A stretch of DNA of 63,986 nucleotides, counting the filler, from Raillietiella orientalis (taxonomy: Eukaryota), in assembly GCA_036172245.1 (NCBI GenBank). It is 3 parts of 3 records of this genome, joined end to end, with 100 filler letters (N's around TTAATTAATTAA, not from the genome) between each part and the next. Parts side by side here need not be neighbours in the genome. Positions count along the whole stretch, not along the records: positions 1 to 29,542 come from JAYWIR010000206.1; 2 more parts are not named here. One strand, 5' to 3'. Below, piece by piece: positions 1 through 12,900 of this stretch (position 1 is its first letter; every line of letters starts with the position of its first letter). The notes below the pieces were generated by a model. That model did no database searches. It was given only the letters and a program-made list of their open reading frames with translations, and had not been told where the DNA came from. A program made the translations under genes and the position numbers.

Positions 1-1649
1 GCACTTTAAAGATTCTATTTCTATGCTGGAAGAGGAAGTAGATTGATTCCAACCATTTTGATGTCTCAGGATTCCGACCGAATTCATCGGGAAGCGGCCA
101 TGGTCGTTTACGTGCAAGTGCGGAGATTTGGACGGAAAACACCACATTGGAAATAGAAAAGATAGAGGAATTTTTATGAAACACTTTGAAGATTCTATTT
201 GGATGCAGGAAGTGGAAGTAGATTGCTTCCAACCATTTTGATGTCTCAGGATTGCGACCGAATTCATCGGGAAGCGGCCATGGTCGTTTAGGTGCAAGTG
301 CGGAGATTTGGAAGGAAAATACCGCATTGGAAATAGAAAACATAGAGGAACTTCTGTGATGCATTTTGAAGATTCAATTTCTATGCTGGAAGACGAAGTA
401 GATTGATTCCAACCATTTTGATGTCTCAGGATTCCGACCGAATTCATCGGGAAGCGGCCATGGTCGTTTACGTGCAAGTGCGGAGATTTGGACGGAAAAC
501 ACCACATTGGAAATAGAAAAGATAGAGGAATTTCTGTGATGCATTTTGAAGATTCAATTTCTATGCTGGAAGAGGAAGTAGATTGATTCCAACCATTTTG
601 ATGTCTCAGGATTCTGACCGAATTCATCGGGAAGCGGCCATGGTCGTTTACGTGCAAGTGCGGAGATTTGGACGGAAAACACCACATTGGAAATAGAAAA
701 GATAGAGGAATTTTTAGGAAACACTTTGAAGATTTTATTTGGATGCAGAAAGTAAAAGTAGATTGCTTCCAACCGTTTTGATGTCTCAGGATTGCGACCG
801 AATTCATCGGGAAACGGCCATGGTCGTTTTGGTGCAAGTGCGGAGATATGGACGGAAAACACCACATCGGAAATACAAAAGATAGAGGAATTTTTTTGAT
901 CCACTTTGAAGATTCTATTTGGATGTAGGAAGTGGAAGTAGATTGCTTCCAACCATTTTGATGTCTCAGGATTGCGACCGAATTCATCGGGAAACGGCCA
1001 TGGTCGTTTTGGTGCAAGTGCGGAGATTTGGACGGAAAACACCACATTGGAAATAGAAAAGATAGAGGAATTTTTCGGATACACTTTGTAGATTCGATTT
1101 CTATGCTGGAAGTGGAAGTAGATTGATTCCAACCATTTTCACGTCTCAGGATTGCGACCGAATTCATCGGGAAGCGGCCATGGTCGTTTTGGTGCTAGTG
1201 CGGAGATTTGGACGGAAAACACCACATTGGAAATAGAAAAGATAGAGGAATTTTTTTGATTTACTTTGAAGATTCTATTTGGATGTAGGAAGTAGAAGTA
1301 GATTGCTTCCAACCATTTTCATGTCTCAGGATTGCGACCGAATTAATCGGGAACCGGCCATGGTCGTTTTCGTGCAAGTGCGGAGATTTGGACGGAAAAC
1401 ACCACACTGGAAATAGAAAACATAGAGGAATTTCTGTGATGCATTTTGAAGATTCAATTTCTATGCTGGAAGACGAAGTAGATTGATTCCAACCATTTTG
1501 ATGTCTCAGGATTGCGACCGAGTTCATCGGGACCCGACCATGGTCGTTTTGGTGCTAGTGTGGAGATTTGGAAGGAAAACACCACATTGGAAATAGAGAA
1601 GATAGAGGAATTTTTAGGAAGCACTTTGAAGATTCTATTTCTATGCTGG

Positions 1650-4600
1650 AAGAGGAAGTAGATTGATTCCAACCATTTTGATGTCTCAGGATTGAGACCG
1701 AATTCATCGGGAAGCGGCCATGGTCGTTTACATGCAAGTTTGGAGATTTGGACGGAAAACACCACATTGGAAATAAAAAAGATAAAGGAATTTGTTTGAT
1801 GCACTTTGAGGATTCTGTCTCTATGCTGGAAGTGGAAGTACATTGATTCCAACCATTTTCATGTCTCAGGATTGCGACCGAATTCATCGGGAACCGGCCA
1901 TGGTCGTTTTGGTGCAAGTGCGAAGATTTGGACGGAAAACACCACATTGGAAATAGAAAACATAGAGGAATTTCTGTGATGCATTTTGAAGATTCAATTT
2001 CTATCCTGGAAGACGGAGTAGATTGCTTCCAACCATTTTGATGTCTCAGGATTGCGACCGAATTCATGGGGAAACGGCCATGGTCGTTTTGGTGCAAGTG
2101 CGGAGATTTGTACGGAAAACACCACATTGGAAATAGAAAAGATAAAGGAATTTTTTTGATCCCCTTTGAAGATTCTATTTGGATGTAGGAAGTGGAAGTA
2201 GATTGCTTCCAACCATTTTGATGTCTAAGGATTACGACCGAATTCATCGGGAACCGGCCATGGTCGTTTAGGTGCAAGTGCGGAGATTTGGACGGAAAAC
2301 ACCCCATTGGAAATAGAAAAGATAGAGGAATTTTTTGATGCATTTTGAGGATTCTATTTCTATGCTGGAAGAGGAAGTAGATTGATTCCAACCATTTTGA
2401 TGTCTCAGGATTCCGACCGAATTCATCGGGAAGCGGCCATGGTCGTTTACGAGCAAGTGCGGAGATTTGGACGGAAAACACCACATTGGAAATAGAAAAG
2501 ATAGAGGAATTTTTTTGATGCACTTTGAAGATTCTATTTCTATGCTGGAAGTGGAAGTAGATTGATTCCAACCATTTTGATGTCTCAGGATTGCGACCGA
2601 ATTCATCGGGAACCGGCCATGGTCGTTTTGGTGCAAGTGCGGAGATTTGGACGGAAAACACCACACTGGAAATAGAAAAGATAAAGGAATTTTTTTGATG
2701 CACTTTAAAGATTCTATTTCTATGCTGGAAGAGGAAGTAGATTGCTTCCAACCATTTTGATGTCTCAGGATTGCGACCGAATTCATCGGGAAACGGCCAT
2801 GGTCGTTTTGGTGCAAGTGCGGAGATTTGGACGGAAAACACCACATTGGAAATAGAAAAGATAGAGGAATTTTTTTGATGCATTTTGAAGATTCTATTTC
2901 TATGCTGGAAGAGGAAGTAGATTGATTCCAACCATTTTGATGTCTCAGGATTCCGACCGAATTCATCGGGAAGCGGCCATGGTCGTTTACGTGCAAGTGC
3001 GGAGATTTGGACGGAAAACATCACATTGGAAATAGAAAAGATAGAGGAATTTTTAGGAAACACTTTGAAGATTCTATTTGGATGCAGAAAGTGGAAGTAG
3101 TTTGCTTCCAACCGTTTCGATGTCTCAGGATTGCGACTGAATTCATCGGGAAACGGCCATGGTCGTTTTGGTGCAAGTGCGGAGATTTCGACGGAAAACA
3201 CCACATCGGAAATACAAAAGATAGAGGAATTTTTTTGATCCACTTTGAAGATTCTATTTGGATGTAGGAAGTGGAAGTAGATTGCTTCCAACCATTTTGA
3301 TGTCTCAGGATTGCGACCGAATTCATCGGGAACCGGCCATGGTCGTTTTCGTGCAAGTGCGGAGATTTGGACGGAAAACACCACACTGGAAATAGAAAAG
3401 ATAGAGGAATTTCTGTGATGCATTTTGAAGATTCAATTTCTATGCTGGAAGAGGAAGTAGATTGATTCCAACCATTTTGATGTCTCAGGATTGCGACCGA
3501 ATTCATCGGGAACCGGCCATGGTCGTTTTCGTGCAAGTGCGGAGATTTCGACGGAAAACACCACATTGGAAATACAAAAGATAGAGGAATTTTCTTGCTG
3601 CATTTTAAAGATTCAATTTCTATGCTGGAAGAGGAAGTAGATTGATTCCAACCATTTTCACGTCTCAGGATTGCGACCGAATTCATCGGGAAGCGGCCAT
3701 GGTCGTTTACATGCAAGTTTGGAGATTTGGACGGAAAACACCACATTGGAAATAAAAAAGATAAAGGAATTTGTTCGATGCACTTTGAGGATTCTATCTC
3801 TATGCTGGAAGTGGAAGTGCATTGATTCCAACCATTTTCATGTCTCAGGATTGCGACCGAATTCATCGGGAACCGGCCATGGTCGTTTTGGTGCAAGTGC
3901 GAAGATTTGGACGGAAAACACCACATTGGAAATAGAAAACATAGAGGAATTTCTGTGATGCATTTTGAAGATTCAATTTCTATGCTGGAAGACGAAGTAG
4001 ATTGCTTCCAACCATTTTGATGTCTCAGGATTGCGACCGAATTCAAAGGGAAACGGCCATGGTCGTTTTGGTGCAAGTGCGGAGATTTGTACGGAAAACA
4101 CCACATTGGAAATAGAAAAGATAAACGAATTTTTTTGATCCACTTTGAAGATTCTATTTGGATGTAGGAAGTAGAAGTAGATTGCTTGCAACCATTTTCA
4201 TGTCTCAGGATTGCGACCGAATTAATCGGGAACCGGCCATGGTCGTTTTGGTGCAAGTGCGGAGATTTCGACGGAAAACACCACACTGGAAATAGAAAAG
4301 ATAAAGGAATTTTTTTGATGCACTTTGAAGATTCTATTTCTATGCTGGAAGAGGAAGTAGTTTGCTTCCAACCATTTTGATGTCTCAGGATTGCGACCGA
4401 ATTAATCGGGAACCGGCCATGTTCGTTTAGGTGCAAGTGCGGAGATTTGGACGGAAAACACCACATTGGAAGTAGAAAAGATAAAGGAATTTTTTTGATG
4501 CACTTCAAAGATTCTATTTCTATGCTGGAAAAGGAAGTAGATTGATTCCAACCATTTTGATGTCTCAGGATTGCGACCGAATTCATCGGGAAGCGGCCAT

Positions 4601-7600
4601 GGTCGTTTAGGTGCAAGTGCGGAGATTTGGACGGAAAACACCACATTGGAAATAGAAAAGATAGAGGAATTTTTTTGATGCACTTTGAAGATTCTATTTC
4701 TATGCTGGAAGTGAAAGTAGATTGCTTCCAACCATTTTGATGTCTCAGGATTGCGACCGAATTCATCGGGAACCGGCCATGGTCGTTTTGGTGCAAGTGC
4801 GGAGATTTGGACGGAAAACACCACATTGGAAATAGAAAAGATAGAGGAATTTCTGTGATGCATTTTGAAGATTCAATTTCTATGCTGGAAGAGGAAGTAG
4901 ATTGATTCCAACCATTTTGATGTCTCAGGATTCCGACCGAATTCATCGGGAAGCGGCCATGGTCGTTTACGTGCAAGTGCGGAGATTTGGACGGAAAACA
5001 CCACATTGGAAATAGAAAAGATAGAGGAATTTCTGTGATGCATTTTGAAGATTCAATTTCTATGCTGGAAGACGAAGTAGATTGATTCGAACCATTTTGA
5101 TGTCTCAGCATTGCGACCGATTTCATCGGGAACCGACCATGGTCGTTTTGGTGCTAGTGTGGAGATTTGGACGGAAAACACCACATTGGAAATAGAGAAG
5201 ATAGAGGAATTTTTAGGAAACACTTTGAAGATTCTATTTGGATGCAGAAAGTGGAAGTAGATTGCTTCCAACCGTTTTGATGTCTCAGGATTGCGACCGA
5301 ATTCATCGGGAAACGGCCATGGTCGTTTTGGTGCAAGTGCGGAGATTTGGACGGAAAACACCACATCGGAAATACAAAAGATAGAGGAATTTTTTTGATT
5401 CACTTTGAAGATTCTATTTGGATGTAGGAAGTGGAAGTAGATTGCTTCCAACCATTTTGATGTCTCAGGATTGCGACCGAATTCATCGGGAAACGGCCAT
5501 GGTCGTTTTGGTGCAAGTGCGGAGATTTGGACGGAAAACACCACATTGGAAATAGAAAAGATAGAGGAATTTTTCGGATACACTTTGTAGATTCGATTTC
5601 TATGCTGGAAGTGGAAGTAGATTGATTCCAACCATTTTCACGTCTCAGGATTGCGACCGAATTCATCGGGAAGCGGCCATGGTCGTTTACATGCAAGTTT
5701 GGAGATTTGGACGGAAAACACCACATTGGAAATACAAAAGATAAAGGAATTTGTTTGATGCACTTTGAGGATTCTATCTCTATGCTGGAAGCGGAAGTAC
5801 ATTGATTCCAACCATTTTCATGTCTCAGGATTGCGACCGAATTCATCGGGAACCGGCCATGGTCGTTTTGGTGCAAGTGCGCAGATTTGGACGGAAAACA
5901 CCACATTGGAAATAGAAAACATAGAGGAATTTCTGTGATGCATTTTGAAGATTCAATTTCTATGCTGGAAGACGAAGTAGATTGCTTCCAACCATTTTGA
6001 TGTCTCAGGATTGCGACCGAATTCATCGGGAAGCGGCCATGGTCGTTTTGGTGCAAGTGCGGAGATTTGTACGGAAAACACCACATTGGAAATAGAAAAG
6101 ATAAAGGAATTTTTTTGATCCCCTTTGAAGATTCTATTTGGATGTAGGAAGTGGAAGTAGATTGCTTCCAACCATTTTGATGTCTAAGGATTACGACCGA
6201 ATTCATCGGGAACCGGCCATGGTCGTTTAGGTGCAAGTGCGGAGATTTGGACGGAAAACACCACATTGGAAATAGAAAAGATAGAGGAATTTTTTTGATG
6301 CATTTTGAAGATTCTATTTCTATGCTGGAAGAGGAAGTAGATTGATTCCAACCATTTTGATGTCTCAGGATTCCGACCGAATTCATCGGGAAGCGGCCAT
6401 GGTCGTTTACGAGCAAGTGCGGAGATTTGGACGGAAAACACCACATTGGAAATAGAAAAGATAGAGGAATTTTTTGGATGCACTTTGAAGATTCTATTTC
6501 TATGCTGGAAGTGGAAGTAGATTGATTCCAACCATTTTGATGTCTCAGGATTGCGACCGAATTCATCGGGAAGCGGCCATGGTCGTTTAGGTGCAAGTGC
6601 GGAGATTTGGACGGAAAACACCACATTGGAAATAGAAAAGATAAAGGAATTTTTTTGATGCACTTTAAAGATTCTATTTCTATGCTGGAAGAGGAAGTAG
6701 ATTGCTTCCAACCATTTTGATGTCTCAGGATTGCGACCGAATTCATCGGGAAACGGCCATGGTCGTTTTGGTGCAAGTGCGGAGATTTGGACGGAAAACA
6801 CCACATTGGAAATAGAAAAGATAGAGGAATTTTTTTGATGCATTTTGAAGATTCTATTTCTATGCTGGAAGAGGAAGTAGATTGATTCCAACCATTTTGA
6901 TGTCTCAGGATTCCGACCGAATTCATCGGGAAGCGGCCATGGTCGTTTACGTGCAAGTGCGGAGATTTGGACGGAAAACATCACATTGGAAATAGAAAAG
7001 ATAGAGGAATTTTTAGGAAACACTTTGAAGATTCTATTTGGATGCAGAAAGTGGAAGTAGTTTGCTTCCAACCGTTTCGATGTCTCAGGATTGCGACTGA
7101 ATTCATCGGGAAACGGCCATGGTCGTTTTGGTGCAAGTGCGGAGATTTCGACGGAAAACACCACATCGGAAATACAAAAGATAGAGGAATTTTTTTGATC
7201 CACTTTGAAGATTCTATTTGGATGTAGGAAGTGGAAGTAGATTGCTTCCAACCATTTTGATGTCTCAGGATTGCGACCGAATTCATCGGGAACCGGCCAT
7301 GGTCGTTTTCGTGCAAGTGCGGAGATTTGGACGGAAAACACCACACTGGAAATAGAAAACATAGAGGAATTTCTGTGATGCATTTTGAAGATTCAATTTC
7401 TATGCTGGAAGACGAAGTAGATTGATTCCAAGCATTTTGATGTCTCAGGATTGCGACCGAATTAATCGGGAACCGGCCATGGTCGTTTTCGTGCAAGTGC
7501 GGAGATTTGGACGGAAAACACCACATTGGAAATACAAAAGATAGAGGAATTTTCTTGCTGCATTTTAAAGATTCAATTTCTATGCTGGAAGAGGAAGTAG

Positions 7601-9950
7601 ATTGATTCCAACCATTTTGATGTCTCAGGATTGCGACCGAATTCATCGGGAAGCGGCCATGGTCGTTTACATGCAAGTTTGGAGATTTGGACGGAAAACA
7701 CCACATTGGAAATAAAAAAGATAAAGGAATTTGTTTGATGCACTTTGAGGATTCTATCTCTATGCTGGAAGTGGAAGTACATTGATTCCAACCATTTTCA
7801 TGTCTCAGGATTGCGACCGAATTCATCGGGAACCGGCCATGGTCGTTTTGGTGCAAGTGCGAAGATTTGGACGGAAAACACCACATTGGAAATAGAAAAC
7901 ATAGAGGAATTTCTGTGATGCATTTTGAAGATTCAATTTCTATGCTGGAAGACGAAGTAGATTGCTTCCAACCATTTTGATGTCTCAGGATTGCGACCGA
8001 ATTCAAAGGGAAACGGCCATGGTCGTTTTGGTGCAAGTGCGGAGATTTGTACGGAAAACACCACATTGGAAATAGAAAAGATAAACGAATTTTTTTGATC
8101 CACTTTGAAGATTCTATTTGGATGTAGGAAGTAGAAGTAGATTGCTTGCAACCATTTTCATGTCTCAGGATTGCGACCGAATTAATCGGGAACCGGCCAT
8201 GGTCGTTTTGGTGCAAGTGCGGAGATTTCGACGGAAAACACCACACTGGAAATAGAAAAGATAAAGGAATTTTTTTGATGCACTTTGAAGATTCTATTTC
8301 TATGCTGGAAGAGGAAGTAGTTTGCTTCCAACCATTTTGATGTCTCAGGATTGCGACCGAATTAATCGGGAACCGGCCATGTTCGTTTAGGTGCAAGTGC
8401 GGAGATTTGGACGGAAAACACCACATTGGAAGTAGAAAAGATAAAGGAATTTTTTTGATGCACTTCAAAGATTCTATTTCTATGCTGGAAAAGGAAGTAG
8501 ATTGATTCCAACCATTTTGATGTCTCAGGATTGCGACCGAATTCATCGGGAAGCGGCCATGGTCGTTTAGGTGCAAGTGCGGAGATTTGGACGGAAAACA
8601 CCACATTGGAAATAGAAAAGATAGAGGAATTTTTTTGATGCACTTTGAAGATTCTATTTCTATGCTGGAAGTGGAAGTAGATTGCTTCCAACCATTTTCA
8701 TGTCTCAGGATTGCGACCGAATTCATCGGGAACCGGCCATGGTCGTTTTGGTGCAAGTGCGGAGATTTGGACGGAAAACACCACATTGGAAATAGAAAAG
8801 ATAGAGGAATTTCTGTGATGCATTTTGAAGATTCAATTTCTATGCTGGAAGAGGAAGTAGATTGATTCCAACCATTTTGATGTCTCAGGATTCCGACCGA
8901 ATTCATCGGGAAGCGGCCATGGTCGTTTACGTGCAAGTGCGGAGATTTGGACGGAAAACACCACATTGGAAATAGAAAAGATAGAGGAATTTCTGTGATG
9001 CATTTTGAAGATTCAATTTCTATGCTGGAAGACGAAGTAGATTGATTCGAACCATTTTGATGTCTCAGCATTGCGACCGATTTCATCGGGAACCGACCAT
9101 GGTCGTTTTGGTGCTAGTGTGGAGATTTGTACGGAAAACACCACATTGGAAATAGAGAAGATAGAGAAATTTTTAGGAAACACTTTGAAGATTCTATTTG
9201 GATGCAGAAAGTGGAAGTAGATTGCTTCCAACCGTTTTGATGTCTCAGGATTGCGACCGAATTCATCGGGGAACGGCCATGGTCGTTTTGGTGCAAGTGC
9301 GGAGATTTGGACGGAAAACACCACATCGGAAATACAAAAGATAGAGGAATTTTTTTGATTCACTTTGAAGATTCTATTTGGATGTAGGAAGTGGAAGTAG
9401 ATTGCTTCCAACCATTTTGATGTCTCAGGATTGCGACCGAATTCATCGGGAAACGGCCATGGTCGTTTTGGTGCAAGTGCGGAGATTTGGACGGAAAACA
9501 CCACATTGGAAATAGAAAAGATAGAGGAATTTTTCGGATACACTTTGTAGATTCGATTTCTATGCTGGAAGTGGAAGTAGATTGATTCCAACCATTTTCA
9601 CGTCTCAGGATTGCGACCGAATTCATCGGGAAGCGGCCATGGTCGTTTACATGCAAGTTTGGAGATTTGGACGGAAAACACCACATTGGAAATACAAAAG
9701 ATAAAGGAATTTGTTTGATGCACTTTGAGGATTCTATCTCTATGCTGGAAGCGGAAGTACATTGATTCCAACCATTTTCATGTCTCAGGATTGCGACCGA
9801 ATTCATCGGGAACCGGCCATGGTCGTTTTGGTGCAAGTGCGCAGATTTGGACGGAAAACACCACATTGGAAATAGAAAACATAGAGGAATTTCTGTGATG
9901 CATTTTGAAGATTCAATTTCTATCCTGGAAGACGAAGTAGATTGCTTCCA
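1650..9950. repeat. 22-monomer (3960-bp) higher-order repeat, about 2 copies, satellite domain 1
   Basis: Diagnostic variants recur 3960 bp apart: accgtttcga at 3111/7071, attcaaaggg at 4041/8001, tgtctcagca at 5101/9061, ttttcggata at 5571/9531, gcagatttgg at 5881/9841. ORF-track entries 3007..3267 and 6967..7227 are identical. Boundaries approximate. Confidence 0.93.
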
Positions 9951-12900
9951 ACCATTTTGATGTCTCAGGATTGCTTCCGAATTCATCGGGAACCGGCCAT
10001 GGTCGTTTTGCTGCAAGTGCGGAGATTTGGACGGAAAACACCACATTGGAAATAGAAAAGATAGAGGAATTTCTTCGATGCATTTTGAAGATTCTATTTC
10101 TATGCTGGAAGTGGAAGTAGACAGCTTCCAACCATTTTGAGGTCTCAAGATTTCGACCGAATTCTTCGGGAACCGGCCATGGTCGTTTTGTTGCAAGTAC
10201 GGAGATTAGGACGGAAAATACCACATTGGAAATAGAAAAGATAGAGGAATTTCTTTGATGCATTTTGAAGATTCTATTTGTATGCTGAAAGTGGAAGTAG
10301 ACAGCTTCCAACCATTTTGAGGTCTCAGGATTTCGACCGAATTCTTCAGGAACCGGCCATGGTCGTTTTGGTGCAAGTGCGGAGATTTGGACGGAAAATA
10401 CCACATTGGAAATAGAAAAGATAGAGGAATTTCTTTGATGCATTTTGAAGATTCTATTTCCATGCTGGAAGTGGAAGTAGATTGATTCCAACCATTTTGA
10501 TGTCTCAGGATTGCTTCCGAATTCATCGGGAACCGGCCATGGTCGATTTGGTGCAAGTGCGGAGATTTGGACGGAAAACACCACATTGGAAATAGAAAAG
10601 ATAGAGGAATTTCTTTGATGCATTTTGAAGATTCTATTTCTATGCTGGAAATGGAAGTAGACAGCTTCCAACCATTTTGAGGTCTCAGGATTTCGACCGA
10701 ATTCTTCGGGTACCGGCCATGGTCGTTTACATGCAAGTGCGGAGATTTGGACGGAAAACACCACATTGGAAATAGAAAAGATAGAGGAATTTCTTTAATG
10801 CATTTTGAAGATTCTATTTCTATGCTGGAAGTGGAAGTAGACAGCTTCCAACCATTTTCATGTTTCAGGCTTGCGACCGAATTCATCCGGAACCGGCCAT
10901 GGTCGTGTTGGTGCAAGTGCGAAGATTTGGACGGAAAACACCACATTGGAAATAGAAAAGATAGAGGAATTCATTTGATGCATTTTGAAGATTCTATTTC
11001 TATGCTGGAAGGGGAAGTAGATTGATTCCAACCATTTCGATGTCTCATTATTGCGACCGAATTCATCGGGAAGCGGCTATGGTCGTTTACATGCAAGTGC
11101 GGAGATTTGGACGGAAAACACCACATTGGAAATAGAAAACATAGAGGAATTTCTTTGATGCATTTTAAAGATTCTATTTCTATGCTGGAAGACGAAGTAG
11201 ATTGATTCCAACCATTTCGATGTCTCAGGATTGCGACCGAATTCATCGGGAACCGGCCATGGTCGTTTTGGTGCAAGTGCGAAGATTTGGACGGAAAACA
11301 CCACATTGGAAATAGAAAACATAGAGGAATTTTTGTGAAGCATTTTGAAGTTTCTATTTCTGCGCTGGAAGACGAAGTGGATTGATTCCAACCATTTTGA
11401 TGTCTCAGGATTGCGACCGAATTCATCGGGAACCGACCATGGTCGTTTTGGTGCTAGTGCGGAGATTTGGACGGAAAACACCACATTGGAAATAGAAAAG
11501 ATAGAGGAATTTCTTTGATGCATTTTGAAGATTCTATTTCTATGCTGGAAGTGGAAGTAGACAGCTTCCAACCATTTTCATGTCTCAGGATTGCGACCGA
11601 ATTCATCCGGAAACGGCCATGGTCGTGTTGGTGCAAGTGCGAAGATTTGGACGGAAAACACCACATTGGAAATAGAAAACATAGAGGAATTTTTGTGATG
11701 CATTTTGATGATTCTTTTTTTGTGCTGGAAGACGAAGTAGATTGATTCCAACCATTTTGATGTCTCAGGATTGCGACCGAATTCATCGGGAAGCGGCCAT
11801 GGTCGTTTACATGCAAGTGCGGAGATTTGGACGGAAAACACCACATTGGAAATAGAAAAGATAGAGGAATTTCTTTGATGCATTTTGAAGATTCTATTTC
11901 TATGCTGGAAGAGGAAATAGATTGATTCCAACCATTTTGATGTCTCAGGATTTCGACCGAATTCTTCGGGAACCGGCCATGGTCGTGTTGGTGCAAGTGC
12001 GAAGATTTGGAAGGAAAACACCACATTGGAAATAGAAAACATAGAGGAATTTTTGTGATGCATTTTGAAGATTCTATTTCTATGCTGGAAGACGAAGTAG
12101 ATTGCTTCCAACCATTTTGATGTCTCAGGATTGCTTCCGAATTCATCGGGAACCGGCCATGGTCGTTTTGGTGCAAGTGCGGAGATTTGGACGGAAAACA
12201 CCACATTGGAAATAGAAAAGATAGACGAATTTCTTTGATGCATTTTGAAGATTCTATTTCTATGCTGGAAGTGAAAGTAGATTGATTCCAACCATTTTAA
12301 TGTCTCAGGATTGCTTCCGAATTCATCGGGAACCGGCCATGGTCGATTTGGTGCAAGTGCGGAGATTTGGACGGAAAACACCACATTGGAAATAGAAAAG
12401 ATAGAGGAATTTCTTTGATGCATTTTAAAGATTCTATTTCTATGCTGGAAGTGGAAGTAGACAGCTTCCAACCATTTTGAGGTCTCAGGATTTCGACCGA
12501 ATTCTTCGGGAACCGGCCATGGTCGTTTTGGTGCAAGTGCGGAGATTTGGACGGAAAACATCACATTGGAAATAGAAAAGATAGAGGAATTTCTTTGATG
12601 CATTTTGAATATTCTATTTCTATGCTGGAAGTGGAAGTAGACAGCTTCCAACCATTTTCATGTCTCAGGCATGCGACCGAATTCATCCGGAACCGGCCAT
12701 GGTCGTTTTGGTGCAAGTGCGGAGATTTGGAAGGAAAACACCACATTGGAAATAGAAAACATAGAGGAATTTTTGTGATGCATTTTTAAGATTCTATTTC
12801 TATGCTGGAAGACGAAGTAGATTGCTTCCAACCATTTTGATGTCTCAGGATTGCTTCCGAATTCATCGGGAACCGGCCATGGTCGTTTTGGTGCAAGTGC

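Noticed and set aside
1..180. Identity with Arabidopsis CEN180 or primate alpha satellite
   Set aside because: Only the length is similar. I do not recognise the sequence as either and cannot assign the organism without a search.
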